Source: Asticcacaulis sp.
Lineage (GTDB): Bacteria > Pseudomonadota > Alphaproteobacteria > Caulobacterales > Caulobacteraceae
Direction of reading: 5' to 3'
Assembly (NCBI RefSeq): GCF_027484505.1
Contig: NZ_JAIXSV010000133.1
Coordinates: 2,284-66,283, forward strand
DNA length: 64,000 bases
In this document: positions 42,271-51,004 of the stretch, in pieces
Layout of the letters: every line of letters begins with the position of its first letter
Numbering within the stretch: the first letter of the stretch is position 1
The notes under the pieces: model-generated
What the model was told of the DNA's origin: nothing
The model's input: only the letters and a program-made list of their open reading frames with translations
Databases searched by the model: none
Translations under genes and position numbers: made by a program

Positions 42271-42362
42271 AACCACGGATAGACACAGATGACGAACTTC
42301 GTTCGTCTGGCACGGATATCCGTGTCGGCGGGCAAAGCCCGCCATCCGTGTGCATCCGTGGT
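42271..42362. repeat. Repeat family B copy (CACGGAT subtype), compact form
   Basis: aaccacggatagacacagatg, hairpin, cacggatatccgtg, hairpin, atccgtgtgcatccgtggt. Confidence 0.8.
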
Positions 42363-42408
42363 GAAAACCCGTAGGCGTAACCCATTCCCAAATCGGAAGG
42401 GATAGAAA

Positions 42409-43161
42409 CTAAATCGCGCTTCCGCGCACCGCTGCGCCGAGCAGGCGGAAGAAGACCTGGCGGTCAGGATAAAGCTCGGGTTGCCATTCCGGGTGCCACT
42501 GCACCCCCAGCATCTGCGCGCCGCCGATATTGGCGCTGAAGGCTTCGACCACGCCGTCCGGGGCCACGGCTTCGACGCTTAAGCCCTCGGCCAGCCGGTC
42601 AACGCCCTGAAAATGCACCGAATTGACCGTCAGCGCCTCACGCCCGACCGCGCGGGCCAACACCCCGTCGGGCGTCAGGGCCACCGGGTGCCGGTGATCA
42701 AACATGTCAGCAAAGCGCGCCTCAGCGGGCGCATGATGATCCAGCCGCCCGGAGCCCTCAGGTGCCGTCCCCAGATCCCGGCGCAGCGTACCGCCCAGCG
42801 CCACATTGATTTCCTGAAAGCCGCGACAAATCCCGAAGACCGGCTTGCCCATCAGGGTCAGACATTCGATCAGCGCAAACGACACCGCATCGCGTTCGGC
42901 GTCGAACGGCCCCTCCCCCTCGGCCTGACCGTAGCGGCGACTTTCGATATTGGAGGGCGATCCGGTCAGCAAAAGCCCGTCCAGTCGCGAAGCAACGGAA
43001 CGGGCGTCAAAGAAACCAGTGATGGCCGGGATAAGTACGGCGGAACATTCGGCGTAGGTGGTGGCGGCGCGGACATAACGGTCCATCACCGCCTGCGCCA
43101 TTTCGACGCCGAAGTCGCGGTGGCAGCAACTGATGCCGATGACCGGCAGGGCTTCGTGCAT
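42409..43161 (-). CDS. Gamma-glutamyl-GABA hydrolase (peptidase C26, PuuD/SpuA-like)
   Basis: LLLTGSPSN, GICRG catalytic Cys, VNSVHFQG, GVQWHPE. Confidence 0.88.
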   Translation of the reverse strand: MHEALPVIGISCCHRDFGVEMAQAVMDRYVRAATTYAECSAVLIPAITGFFDARSVASRLDGLLLTGSPSNIESRRYGQAEGEGPFDAERDAVSFALIECLTLMGKPVFGICRGFQEINVALGGTLRRDLGTAPEGSGRLDHHAPAEARFADMFDHRHPVALTPDGVLARAVGREALTVNSVHFQGVDRLAEGLSVEAVAPDGVVEAFSANIGGAQMLGVQWHPEWQPELYPDRQVFFRLLGAAVRGSAI

Positions 43162-43181
43162 CCGCCGCTCCGTGCCGTGGC

Positions 43182-44003
43182 CTATTTGCGGCCGAACAGC
43201 CAGTCCAAGAGGCCACGCTTTTTGACCTGCGCCTGCGCCTTCTTGACTTCTTCCTGCACCTTGTGGGCCTCAGTCTGGGCCTTGGTCACGGCCTCTTCGA
43301 CCGCCTCCTTGGCTTCGTTCAGCACCGGCCTGGCCTTCTCGACGGCTTCGTCCAGCTTGTCTTTGGCAGCGGCGGCGACCTCTTCGGCCTTGTGCACCGC
43401 TTCCTCGATCTTCGGCTTGGCGGCCTCGACCACATCGTCGAGTTTGGCCTTGGCTTGCTCGACAACCGGCTTGGCGGCTTCGGCGGCGTCTTCCAGCTTT
43501 TCCTTGGCCACGGCAGCGGCGGCGCTGGCGGTCTGGGCGGCCTTATCGAGCGCCGGCTTGGCGCGCTTGACGGCCTTGTCGATCTCGCCCTGAGCCGCTT
43601 CGACAGCCTTGGCGGCGCGGGTGCGGGCCTTTGTCACCTTGGGCTCAACGGCAGCAACGGTCTTAGCGGCACGGGTCGTCGAGCGAGCGGCCTTCTTGAC
43701 CTCGGCTTCGACGACCTTTTCGGCCTTCTCGACCTTTGCCTTGGCGGTCTTGGCGGCCTTCTCGATCTTGGCGGTCGCCGCCTTGGTGGCGGTTTCGGCC
43801 TTTTTCGTCACGACGGCGGCGGTCTTGGCCGCCTTCTTGGCGGTGGCGTCAGCGGCCTTGACGGTCTTTTCGGTCGCGGCCTTCACAGCGGTTTCCACCG
43901 CCGGCTTTGGTGCGGGTGCCTTGCGCGCAATGGTCTTTTTGACCCCGGCATCCGCCGGAATTTCCGCTACCTTTGCCGTCTTCGTCTTTTTTTCCGTCGC
44001 CAT
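43182..44003 (-). CDS. Lys/Ala-rich protein: H1-like N-half, helical repeats, amphipathic C-terminal tail
   Basis: KA/AKT low-complexity tracts; four K(L/I)(D/E)xxxExA(K/R)P repeats; ends KKRGLLDWLFGRK. Confidence 0.75.
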   Translation of the reverse strand: MATEKKTKTAKVAEIPADAGVKKTIARKAPAPKPAVETAVKAATEKTVKAADATAKKAAKTAAVVTKKAETATKAATAKIEKAAKTAKAKVEKAEKVVEAEVKKAARSTTRAAKTVAAVEPKVTKARTRAAKAVEAAQGEIDKAVKRAKPALDKAAQTASAAAAVAKEKLEDAAEAAKPVVEQAKAKLDDVVEAAKPKIEEAVHKAEEVAAAAKDKLDEAVEKARPVLNEAKEAVEEAVTKAQTEAHKVQEEVKKAQAQVKKRGLLDWLFGRK

Positions 44004-44098
44004 TGCCTACTTTCCCATTGGCGTAAGGGCCCCCTTACGCATAAAAGACCGTTGAAACGCTTCCGTCACATCGAATCGGACGATCTGCAAAGCCTACA

Positions 44099-44968
44099 AT
44101 GACTTATAATCCACAACAAATCATCGCAAAAGGCCCCCGTCTGGTGGCAGAAACCGCCGCCGAGGCCATCGACAACGATGCCTGGCTCGAAGGCGCGACC
44201 TATTCGATCCTCGAAGAGGATGAGGACCGCAATATCTGGCGCATCGACGCCTTCCCCACCACTGAGGAAGAAGATCAGCGTTTACAAGAGCTTCTGGCGG
44301 AATATCAGGAGCTGGTCGTCACAGCGGATCAACTGGCGGATGCCGACTGGCTGGCCATGGCCCTGTCGGGCCTGCCGCCGGTGCGCGCCGGACGATTCTT
44401 CGTGTACGGTATTCACGATCGCGGCAAAAAGCCGCTCAACGCGGTTAATCTGCGCATCGAGGCCGGGGCCGCCTTCGGAACGGGCCATCACGGCACGACG
44501 GTCGGCTGTCTGTGGGCCTATAATGACCTGCTTAAAAAGCATCGCTATGAGCGTGTGCTCGATGTCGGCGCGGGCACCGGCGTGCTGGCCATCGCCGCCG
44601 CCAAGACCGGCACCAAATACGCCGTCGGCACCGATATTGATGCCATCAGCGTGCGTATCTCCAACGAAAACGCCAAACTCAATTCGGCCGCGGCGCGCTT
44701 TGTGTGGGCAAACGGCCTGAACCACAAGGACGTGCGCAAGGACGCCCCCTACGATCTCGTCTTCGCCAATATTCTGGCGCGGCCTCTGGTTGGCCTGTCG
44801 CAGTCGATCAAGACGGCGCTCAAGCCCGGCGGCACGGTCATCCTGTCGGGTCTGCTGCGCACGCAGGAGCGCTTCGTCAAGGCCGCCTATCTGTCCAAGG
44901 GTTTCCGCGTCGTGCGCCGTATCCATCGTGATGCGTGGTGCACGCTGGTTATGCAGCGCGGTAGTTAA
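44099..44968 (+). CDS. prmA: Ribosomal protein L11 methyltransferase
   Basis: [37 protein letters not shown]. Confidence 0.93.
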   Translation: MTYNPQQIIAKGPRLVAETAAEAIDNDAWLEGATYSILEEDEDRNIWRIDAFPTTEEEDQRLQELLAEYQELVVTADQLADADWLAMALSGLPPVRAGRFFVYGIHDRGKKPLNAVNLRIEAGAAFGTGHHGTTVGCLWAYNDLLKKHRYERVLDVGAGTGVLAIAAAKTGTKYAVGTDIDAISVRISNENAKLNSAAARFVWANGLNHKDVRKDAPYDLVFANILARPLVGLSQSIKTALKPGGTVILSGLLRTQERFVKAAYLSKGFRVVRRIHRDAWCTLVMQRGS

Positions 44969-45441
44969 TACCCGTAATCGGCCTTGCCGCCGGCCTTGGC
45001 CACCACCTCTATGCCGTCGATACGCATGGTCTTATCGACGGCTTTCAGCATGTCATACAGCGTCAGCGCCGCCACCGACACGGCGGTCAGGGCCTCCATC
45101 TCGACGCCCGTTTGCCCCGCCGTCTTCACCTCGGCGCTGAGGCGAAAGCCCGGCAGGGCCTCATCCATCACGATCTCCAGCCCCACCTTCGACAGGCTTA
45201 AGGGGTGGCACAGGGGGATCAGGTCCGCCGTCTTTTTGGCCGCCATAATGCCCGCAATCTCAGCCGTGGCGATCACCGCACCCTTGGGGGCCTTGCCGTC
45301 GCGCACAATGGCCAGGGTCTCAGCGGCGCAGAGCAGCCGCCCCTCAGCGCGGGCTTTGCGCGCCGTGACGGCCTTCGCGCCGACATCGACCATGTGGGCG
45401 CGGCCATCCTTGCCTATGTGTGACAGGCTGTTTTCGCTCAT
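44965..45441 (-). CDS. moaC: Cyclic pyranopterin monophosphate synthase
   Basis: [33 protein letters not shown]. Confidence 0.95.
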   Translation of the reverse strand: MSENSLSHIGKDGRAHMVDVGAKAVTARKARAEGRLLCAAETLAIVRDGKAPKGAVIATAEIAGIMAAKKTADLIPLCHPLSLSKVGLEIVMDEALPGFRLSAEVKTAGQTGVEMEALTAVSVAALTLYDMLKAVDKTMRIDGIEVVAKAGGKADYGY

Positions 45442-45899
45442 AATGTCCACCGTTTCAGATCATCGGCGTCTCTGGCCGTCGGTTCGACCCAGCGCGCAAA
45501 GCCCTCACCGACTTCGCGCTTCCACAGGGCCGCCTCGGACTTGAGCCGATCCATCAGATAGTCCGCCGCCTCAAAGGCCGCGCGCCGGTGCGCCGAAGCC
45601 ACCGCCACAAACACAATCTCGTCTTCGGCCCGCACCTCGCCACAGCGATGCGCCACCAGCAGGGCCTGCACGTCAAAACGCTCTGCCGCGTCTTGCGCAA
45701 TATCTTTCAGGCTCTGCTCGCTCATGCCGGGATACCAGTCGAGCCACAGGTGCGACACCGCGCCCTCTGTCGTTTCACCCCGAACGCGTCCGGAAAAGGT
45801 GACAATGGCCCCGGCTCCGCGGTTGGCTGCGACAAAACGCTCATAGAGGGCCTGCCCGTCCAGCGCCTGCGGCAACAACAGGGTTTCAACCACCGCCAT
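45438..45899 (-). CDS. moaE: Molybdopterin synthase catalytic subunit
   Basis: [41 protein letters not shown]; start ATG 45899. Confidence 0.93.
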   Translation of the reverse strand: MAVVETLLLPQALDGQALYERFVAANRGAGAIVTFSGRVRGETTEGAVSHLWLDWYPGMSEQSLKDIAQDAAERFDVQALLVAHRCGEVRAEDEIVFVAVASAHRRAAFEAADYLMDRLKSEAALWKREVGEGFARWVEPTARDADDLKRWTL

Positions 45900-45903
45900 G
45901 CCC

Positions 45904-46155
45904 TTAGCCTCCGGAAAAAACGGGGAAAAAGGCCACCTCATCGCCGTCCTGCAACGCACGGTCCTCGTGCGTCAGGGCCTGATTGACGCTCATCAGCACC
46001 CGCTGGACCTCCAGCGCCCCGGACGCAAAGGCCGGTTCCAGAACGCTGTGGCGCAGGTCAAACAACCGCGCGGACGTATCAGAAAGGTCGAACACGCGCT
46101 GCCGTTCGCCCATCACGTCGGCCACCTTGCCAAAAAAGAGAACTGTGACCTTCAT
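45904..46155 (-). CDS. moaD: Molybdopterin synthase sulfur carrier
   Basis: MKVTVLFFG...GDEVAFFPVFSGG with C-terminal GG. Confidence 0.93.
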   Translation of the reverse strand: MKVTVLFFGKVADVMGERQRVFDLSDTSARLFDLRHSVLEPAFASGALEVQRVLMSVNQALTHEDRALQDGDEVAFFPVFSGG

Positions 46156-46336
46156 AAAGCTACCGGTGGAAAACTGTTGGGGAAAATCGGTCGCCCACAA
46201 AATTACCTTATTCTTTTTTCACGAAAAGCTGTAAGTTGTATGCAGGCGGGCGATTTATTACCGCCATGCACGCGCGACGCGGGGGGTGTCAATGCCTGTA
46301 GGTTTTATTCTTTCCCGGGGCCGGTATTAGGTTCGT

Positions 46337-47542
46337 ATGGCCATATTTAATTATCGTATTTTGCGGTTTCTGGCCAAGTCCGGCTTGATGGGGCGGCGCA
46401 ACGTCAAGTTGTCGCTGGCCGATCCCAATGATCAGATTTCGTACAAGTCGCTGCTGCAACGCCCGCAGGTGCATCTGGACCACGACGCGCTGCTCAGCTT
46501 CTATGCGGGCAAGCGCATCCTGATTACCGGTGGCGGTGGGTCTATCGGCTCTGAAATCGCGCGTCAGGCCCTGCGTCTGGGGGCGGCGCACGTCACCCTG
46601 ATCGATCACAGCGAACTGGCGCTTTACGATGTCGAGCAGTCGCTGAACCTGGAGTTTGGCAAGCCGCCGGTCAGCCTGATCCTGTGCTCAATCCGGCGCA
46701 AGGCGCGACTCGAAGCCATTTTCGTGGCGCAGAAGCCCGATGTCATCTTCCACGCGGCGGCGCTCAAACACGTGCCGATGGTTGAGATCAATCCGTCGGA
46801 AGGCGTGCTGACCAATGTCATGGGCACGCAATACGTGATTGACGCGGCTCAGGCCGCCAATGTGAAACAACTGGTGCTTATCTCGTCGGACAAGGCCGTG
46901 GCGCCGGCCTCGATGATGGGCGCGACCAAGCGCTTGGCCGAACACCTGATTTCGTCGCAGATGGGCCACCTCAATCAGGCCTGCGTTGTGCGCTTTGGCA
47001 ATGTGCTGGGCTCGACGGGGTCTGTGGTGCCGCTGTTCCGGGCGCAGATCGAGCGCGGCGGGCCGATCACGCTGACCGACCCCAAGGTCGAACGCTTCTT
47101 CATGACCATTTTTGAGGCGGTGCAACTGGTCATGACGGCGGCCATGCACAACGCGACCAACCTGTCGGAAACGTCGAGCCTGTACATCCTCGAAATGGGT
47201 GAGCCGATCCGTATCTACGATCTGGCCAAGCGCATGATCGACATGTACGGCCTCAAGGTCGATAAGGACATCAAGATCGTCCTGACCGGTCTGCGCGACG
47301 GCGAAAAGATCACTGAGGCGCTGCTGGACGACAACGAAATCCGTGAGCCGCTGCGACCGGGTATCTTCAAGGTGGTCAATCAGGCGATGGACCTGCACCT
47401 GCCGCCTAACCTGATGAGCGAACTGTTCACGCTGGCCGAACGCGGCGAGGACGAAATCGTCAAGGCGCAGGTCTTCCGCTTCGTCAAAACCCTGCGTGAC
47501 TACTCCCCGCCGCCACCGACACCGCAAACGGAAGAGGTGTAA
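46337..47542 (+). CDS. NDP-sugar 4,6-dehydratase, PglF/WbpM/CapD type, catalytic domain only
   Basis: TGGGGSIG, HAAALKHVP, SSDKAV, MGATK, VRFGNVLGSTGSV, GLRDGEK. Confidence 0.85.
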   Translation: MAIFNYRILRFLAKSGLMGRRNVKLSLADPNDQISYKSLLQRPQVHLDHDALLSFYAGKRILITGGGGSIGSEIARQALRLGAAHVTLIDHSELALYDVEQSLNLEFGKPPVSLILCSIRRKARLEAIFVAQKPDVIFHAAALKHVPMVEINPSEGVLTNVMGTQYVIDAAQAANVKQLVLISSDKAVAPASMMGATKRLAEHLISSQMGHLNQACVVRFGNVLGSTGSVVPLFRAQIERGGPITLTDPKVERFFMTIFEAVQLVMTAAMHNATNLSETSSLYILEMGEPIRIYDLAKRMIDMYGLKVDKDIKIVLTGLRDGEKITEALLDDNEIREPLRPGIFKVVNQAMDLHLPPNLMSELFTLAERGEDEIVKAQVFRFVKTLRDYSPPPPTPQTEEV

Positions 47543-47572
47543 AAAAACCCCGCTGTCGCAAGCGGGGTTTTT
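47541..47572. terminator. Bidirectional terminator between the dehydratase and cydX
   Basis: aaaaaaaccccgct/agcggggttttt. Confidence 0.85.
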
Positions 47573-47674
47573 TAGAGCATTCGTCGGCTCAGTTGAGCCG
47601 CCGAATGGCTCTAAAGTTTTTGTTTTAACGCGCTTTTTTATCCGAAAAGTGCGTCACACATTTCGGCAAGCGCT
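47573..47674. repeat. Repeat family C (CIR/Bru-RS-like) copy 1
   Basis: TAGAGC-hairpin-GCTCTA, tttttgtttt, tccgaaaagtg...tttcgg...gcgct. Confidence 0.75.
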
Positions 47675-47678
47675 TGCC

Positions 47679-47801
47679 TCAATCCTTATGCGGGTCTTCG
47701 GCATCGGGATCATCGGTGGTCAGGAATTCGAACCAGATCCCGTTCAAAATCCCGAAGGTCACGGCCAGACCGAGGCCCAGCACCCAGGTAAAATACCACA
47801 T
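47679..47801 (-). CDS. cydX: Cytochrome bd-I small subunit CydX (40 aa, missed by the track)
   Basis: MWYFTWVLGLGLAVTFGILNGIWFEFLTTDDPDAEDPHKD; aaggag SD; follows cydB. Confidence 0.92.
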   Translation of the reverse strand: MWYFTWVLGLGLAVTFGILNGIWFEFLTTDDPDAEDPHKD

Positions 47802-47938
47802 TTTGCAACTCCTTCCGGCTTTGCCTGCGGCAAAGCCTGACTTAGGAAAGCGAGGTATTTTCGACGGGCCGCCCCGAGAAAATGCCTCACGATGTTTAAA
47901 AGGGGGCGCGTGGGGGAAAGTTCGTTTCCCCCTCGACT

Positions 47939-49099
47939 TTAGTACAGGTCCGGATTCGTCTTCAACGCCTTCACTTCGATACGGCCGAACAGCACCTTAT
48001 AGACCCACGCCGTGTAGAGCAGGACGATAGGCAGGAAGACCAGCGTCACCCCCAGCATGATGAACAGGGTGGTGTGCGAGCTGGAGGCCGTCCACACCAG
48101 CAGGCTGGAGCGGGCATCGACGGTCGAAGGCAGGATGATGGGGAACATCGAAACGCCCACGCTGCCGATAATGCCCAGCACGCCGATGGAAGACCCGATA
48201 AAGGCCCACGGATCGGCCTTGGTCTTCAGGCCCAGAAGCGCCAGCAGCGTGCCCACAAAGCCCAGTACCGGAGCGGCGATCATCCACGGATATTTGCCGT
48301 AGTTGAGGAGCCACGCGCCGGCTTCCTTGACGACTTCAGCATTGCGCGGATTGGACGGGCCATTGACGGCGACGTCACCCACGACCTTGAAGCCCAGACC
48401 GCCATAGGCGAGATAGACGCCACCCAGCGCATAGAGGACGATCACCGCCAGAGCCGCATAGACGCCATAGGTGATGGCGCGGTCACGCAGGGCACCCTTT
48501 TCGATCTTCAGCGACACCCAGGTTGCCCCTTGCAGCAGCAGCATGGCCACGGAGGTCAGGCCGCACAGGACGGTGAAGGGGCTGAACAGGCCGAGCAGGC
48601 CGCCCAGAAACTGATCGTGATAGGTGATGCGCAGGTCGCTATCGAGGCTGAACGGCGCACCCTGAAGCACATTGCCGACGGCCACGCCGAAGACCAGAGC
48701 CGGGACGAAGCCGCCGACGAACAGCGCCCAGTCCCAGTTGTTGCGCCACGCCTTGCCCGGCCGCTTGGAGCGATACTTGAAGCCGACCGGACGCAGGATC
48801 AGCGCCGACAGCACCAGGAACATGGCCAGATAGAAGCCGGAGAAGCTCACCGCATAGACGAAGGGCCAGGCGGCGAAGATGGCACCGCCCCCCAGGATGA
48901 GCCACACCTGATTGCCTTCCCAGGTGGCCGAGACGGTGTTGATCACCGCCCGGCGCTCTTCGTCGGTTTTGGCGACGAACGGCAGGGTCGCCAGCGTGCC
49001 CAGCGCATAGCCGTCCATAATGGCGAAGCCGATCAGCAGCACGCCCATGAGCAGCCACCAGATGACCCGCAAGGTCATGTAGTCGATAGGTAGTTCCAT
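47939..49099 (-). CDS. cydB: Cytochrome bd oxidase subunit II
   Basis: MDGYALG, WEGNQVWLILGGGAIFAAWP, SSSHTTL. Confidence 0.96.
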   Translation of the reverse strand: MELPIDYMTLRVIWWLLMGVLLIGFAIMDGYALGTLATLPFVAKTDEERRAVINTVSATWEGNQVWLILGGGAIFAAWPFVYAVSFSGFYLAMFLVLSALILRPVGFKYRSKRPGKAWRNNWDWALFVGGFVPALVFGVAVGNVLQGAPFSLDSDLRITYHDQFLGGLLGLFSPFTVLCGLTSVAMLLLQGATWVSLKIEKGALRDRAITYGVYAALAVIVLYALGGVYLAYGGLGFKVVGDVAVNGPSNPRNAEVVKEAGAWLLNYGKYPWMIAAPVLGFVGTLLALLGLKTKADPWAFIGSSIGVLGIIGSVGVSMFPIILPSTVDARSSLLVWTASSSHTTLFIMLGVTLVFLPIVLLYTAWVYKVLFGRIEVKALKTNPDLY

Positions 49100-49123
49100 A
49101 AGGGTTACTCCTTTGTCTGCGCT

Positions 49124-50713
49124 TTATTCCGCCGGGCCAGTGACAGCCCCGCCCTGAAGCGGGCTGGCCTCTTCGGCGTCGTGCATACGACCGAATTTCG
49201 ACGCATAGGGACCGGTCTTGATGGTCTTGACCAGCAGGCCGACTTCGATGACGGCCAGCGTGCCATACAGCAGGGTGAAGCCGACGATAGTCACCCAGAT
49301 CTGACCGACGGTGAGGCTGGACGCGCCCATAAAGGTGGGCAGGACGCCTTCGACGGCCCAGGGCTGACGCCCCAGTTCGGCCAGCACCCACCCGGCTTCC
49401 GCCGCCAGCCACGGCAGCGGGATGGCCAGCACGCACAGGCGCAGGAACCAGCGGCTATGCTCGGCCTTGCGCAAGCTAACCAGCACGAAGGCCACAGCGA
49501 ACAGGGCGATCATGGCAAAGCCGATCGCGGCCATCAGGCGGAAGGTCCAGAACATCACCGGCACATTGGGGATGGTGTCGAGGGCGGCCTTCTGGATGAG
49601 GGCGGCGTCGGCGGTACGCGGATCAGCGACGTACTTTTTCAGCAGATAGCCGTAACCGATGTCGCGCTTGTGCGCTTCGAACTGCGCGCGGGCGGCAAGG
49701 TCTTCGGGATTGACCTTCAGCTTTTCAACGGCGTCATAGGCAGCCACACCCGACTGGATACGGTGTTCAGCCGTTTCAACGAGGTCAAGGATGCCGATGA
49801 CCGGACGGTCGAGCGAGCGCGTGGAGATCAGGCCCAGAACATAGGGCACCTTGACTTCCATATCGGTGTGCTGGGTCTTGAGGTTCGGAATACCGAACAG
49901 GGTCAGGCCCGCCGGAGCCGGCTCGGTGTGCCACATGGCCTCAAGCGCGGCCAGCTTCATCTTCTGGTTATCGGTCAGGGCATAGCCCGACTCGTCGCCC
50001 AGAACGACGACCGACAGCGAGGAGGCCAGACCAAAGGCCGCTGCCACCGCCATCGAACGCTTGGCGACCGACACCCACTTGCCCTTAAGCAGATAGATGG
50101 CCGATACGCCAAGCACGAAGACCGCCGCGATCACATAGCCCGCTGAGACGGTGTGCACGAACTTAGCCTGCGCCACCGGATTGAACAGCACGGCCATGAA
50201 GTCGGACACTTCCATCCGCATGGTGGCCGGGTTGAAATCCGCACCAACCGGGTTCTGCATCCAGCCGTTGGCGATCAGGATCCACAGGGCCGACAGGTTG
50301 GTGCCCAGTGCCACAAGGAAGGTCACCATCAGGTGCCCGACGCGCGACAGCCGGTCCCAGCCAAAGAACATCAGGCCGACAAAGGTCGCTTCGAGGAAGA
50401 AGGCCATCAGGCCCTCAATGGCCAGAGGCGCCCCGAAGATGTCGCCGACAAAGTGTGAATAATAGGACCAGTTGGTTCCGAACTGGAATTCCATGGTCAG
50501 ACCCGTGGCCACGCCCAGCACGAAGTTGATGCCGAAAAGCGTGCCCCAGAAACGGGTAATGGTGCGCCAGATTTCGCGCCGCGTCAGCACATAGACGCTT
50601 TCCATGATGACCAGCATGAAGGAAAGGCCAAGCGTCAGCGGGACGAACAGAAAGTGATACAGCGCCGTCAAGGCGAACTGTAGCCTTGATAGATCGACCG
50701 TCATCATATCCAT
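49124..50713 (-). CDS. cydA: Cytochrome bd oxidase subunit I (long Q-loop)
   Basis: SRLQFALTALYHFLFVP, EFQFGTNW, QKMKLAALE, ELGRQPW. Confidence 0.97.
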   Translation of the reverse strand: MDMMTVDLSRLQFALTALYHFLFVPLTLGLSFMLVIMESVYVLTRREIWRTITRFWGTLFGINFVLGVATGLTMEFQFGTNWSYYSHFVGDIFGAPLAIEGLMAFFLEATFVGLMFFGWDRLSRVGHLMVTFLVALGTNLSALWILIANGWMQNPVGADFNPATMRMEVSDFMAVLFNPVAQAKFVHTVSAGYVIAAVFVLGVSAIYLLKGKWVSVAKRSMAVAAAFGLASSLSVVVLGDESGYALTDNQKMKLAALEAMWHTEPAPAGLTLFGIPNLKTQHTDMEVKVPYVLGLISTRSLDRPVIGILDLVETAEHRIQSGVAAYDAVEKLKVNPEDLAARAQFEAHKRDIGYGYLLKKYVADPRTADAALIQKAALDTIPNVPVMFWTFRLMAAIGFAMIALFAVAFVLVSLRKAEHSRWFLRLCVLAIPLPWLAAEAGWVLAELGRQPWAVEGVLPTFMGASSLTVGQIWVTIVGFTLLYGTLAVIEVGLLVKTIKTGPYASKFGRMHDAEEASPLQGGAVTGPAE

Positions 50714-50852
50714 TTGAGATATATCCCTCGGGTTATTGGGGTTTTTAGATCACACGCTCCTGCGGCAAGGTGCAGCAGCAGAGTGGAAATTTGCCCCTTG
50801 ATGTCCGAAATGGGCTAGGAGAAAACCCTTCCGGCCTACGAGCCTAAACATT

Positions 50853-50956
50853 CAGAGCATTTGGCGGCTCAGGTGAGTCGCCGCATCGCTCTGATTTTTA
50901 GTAACGCCTCATGTTTTTCCGAAAAGTGGTGTCCACTTTTCGGCATGAGGCTTTAA
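50853..50956. repeat. Repeat family C copy 2, in the cydA-cydD divergent region
   Basis: cagagcatttggcggctcaggtgagtcgccgcatcgctctg...tccgaaaagtggtgtccacttttcgg; GANTC site at 50875. Confidence 0.75.
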
Positions 50957-51004
50957 GCTGGGCCTGAGTATATGCCCCGCCCCTGAAACGCCCTATCGCA
51001 CCAA

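Noticed and set aside
50714-50852. FNR/FixK or RegA box for cydAB
   Set aside because: TTGATGTCCGAAAT lacks the ATCAA half-site, and GCGGC-N5-GCAGC (50762-50776) is only a partial RegA match in GC-rich DNA.
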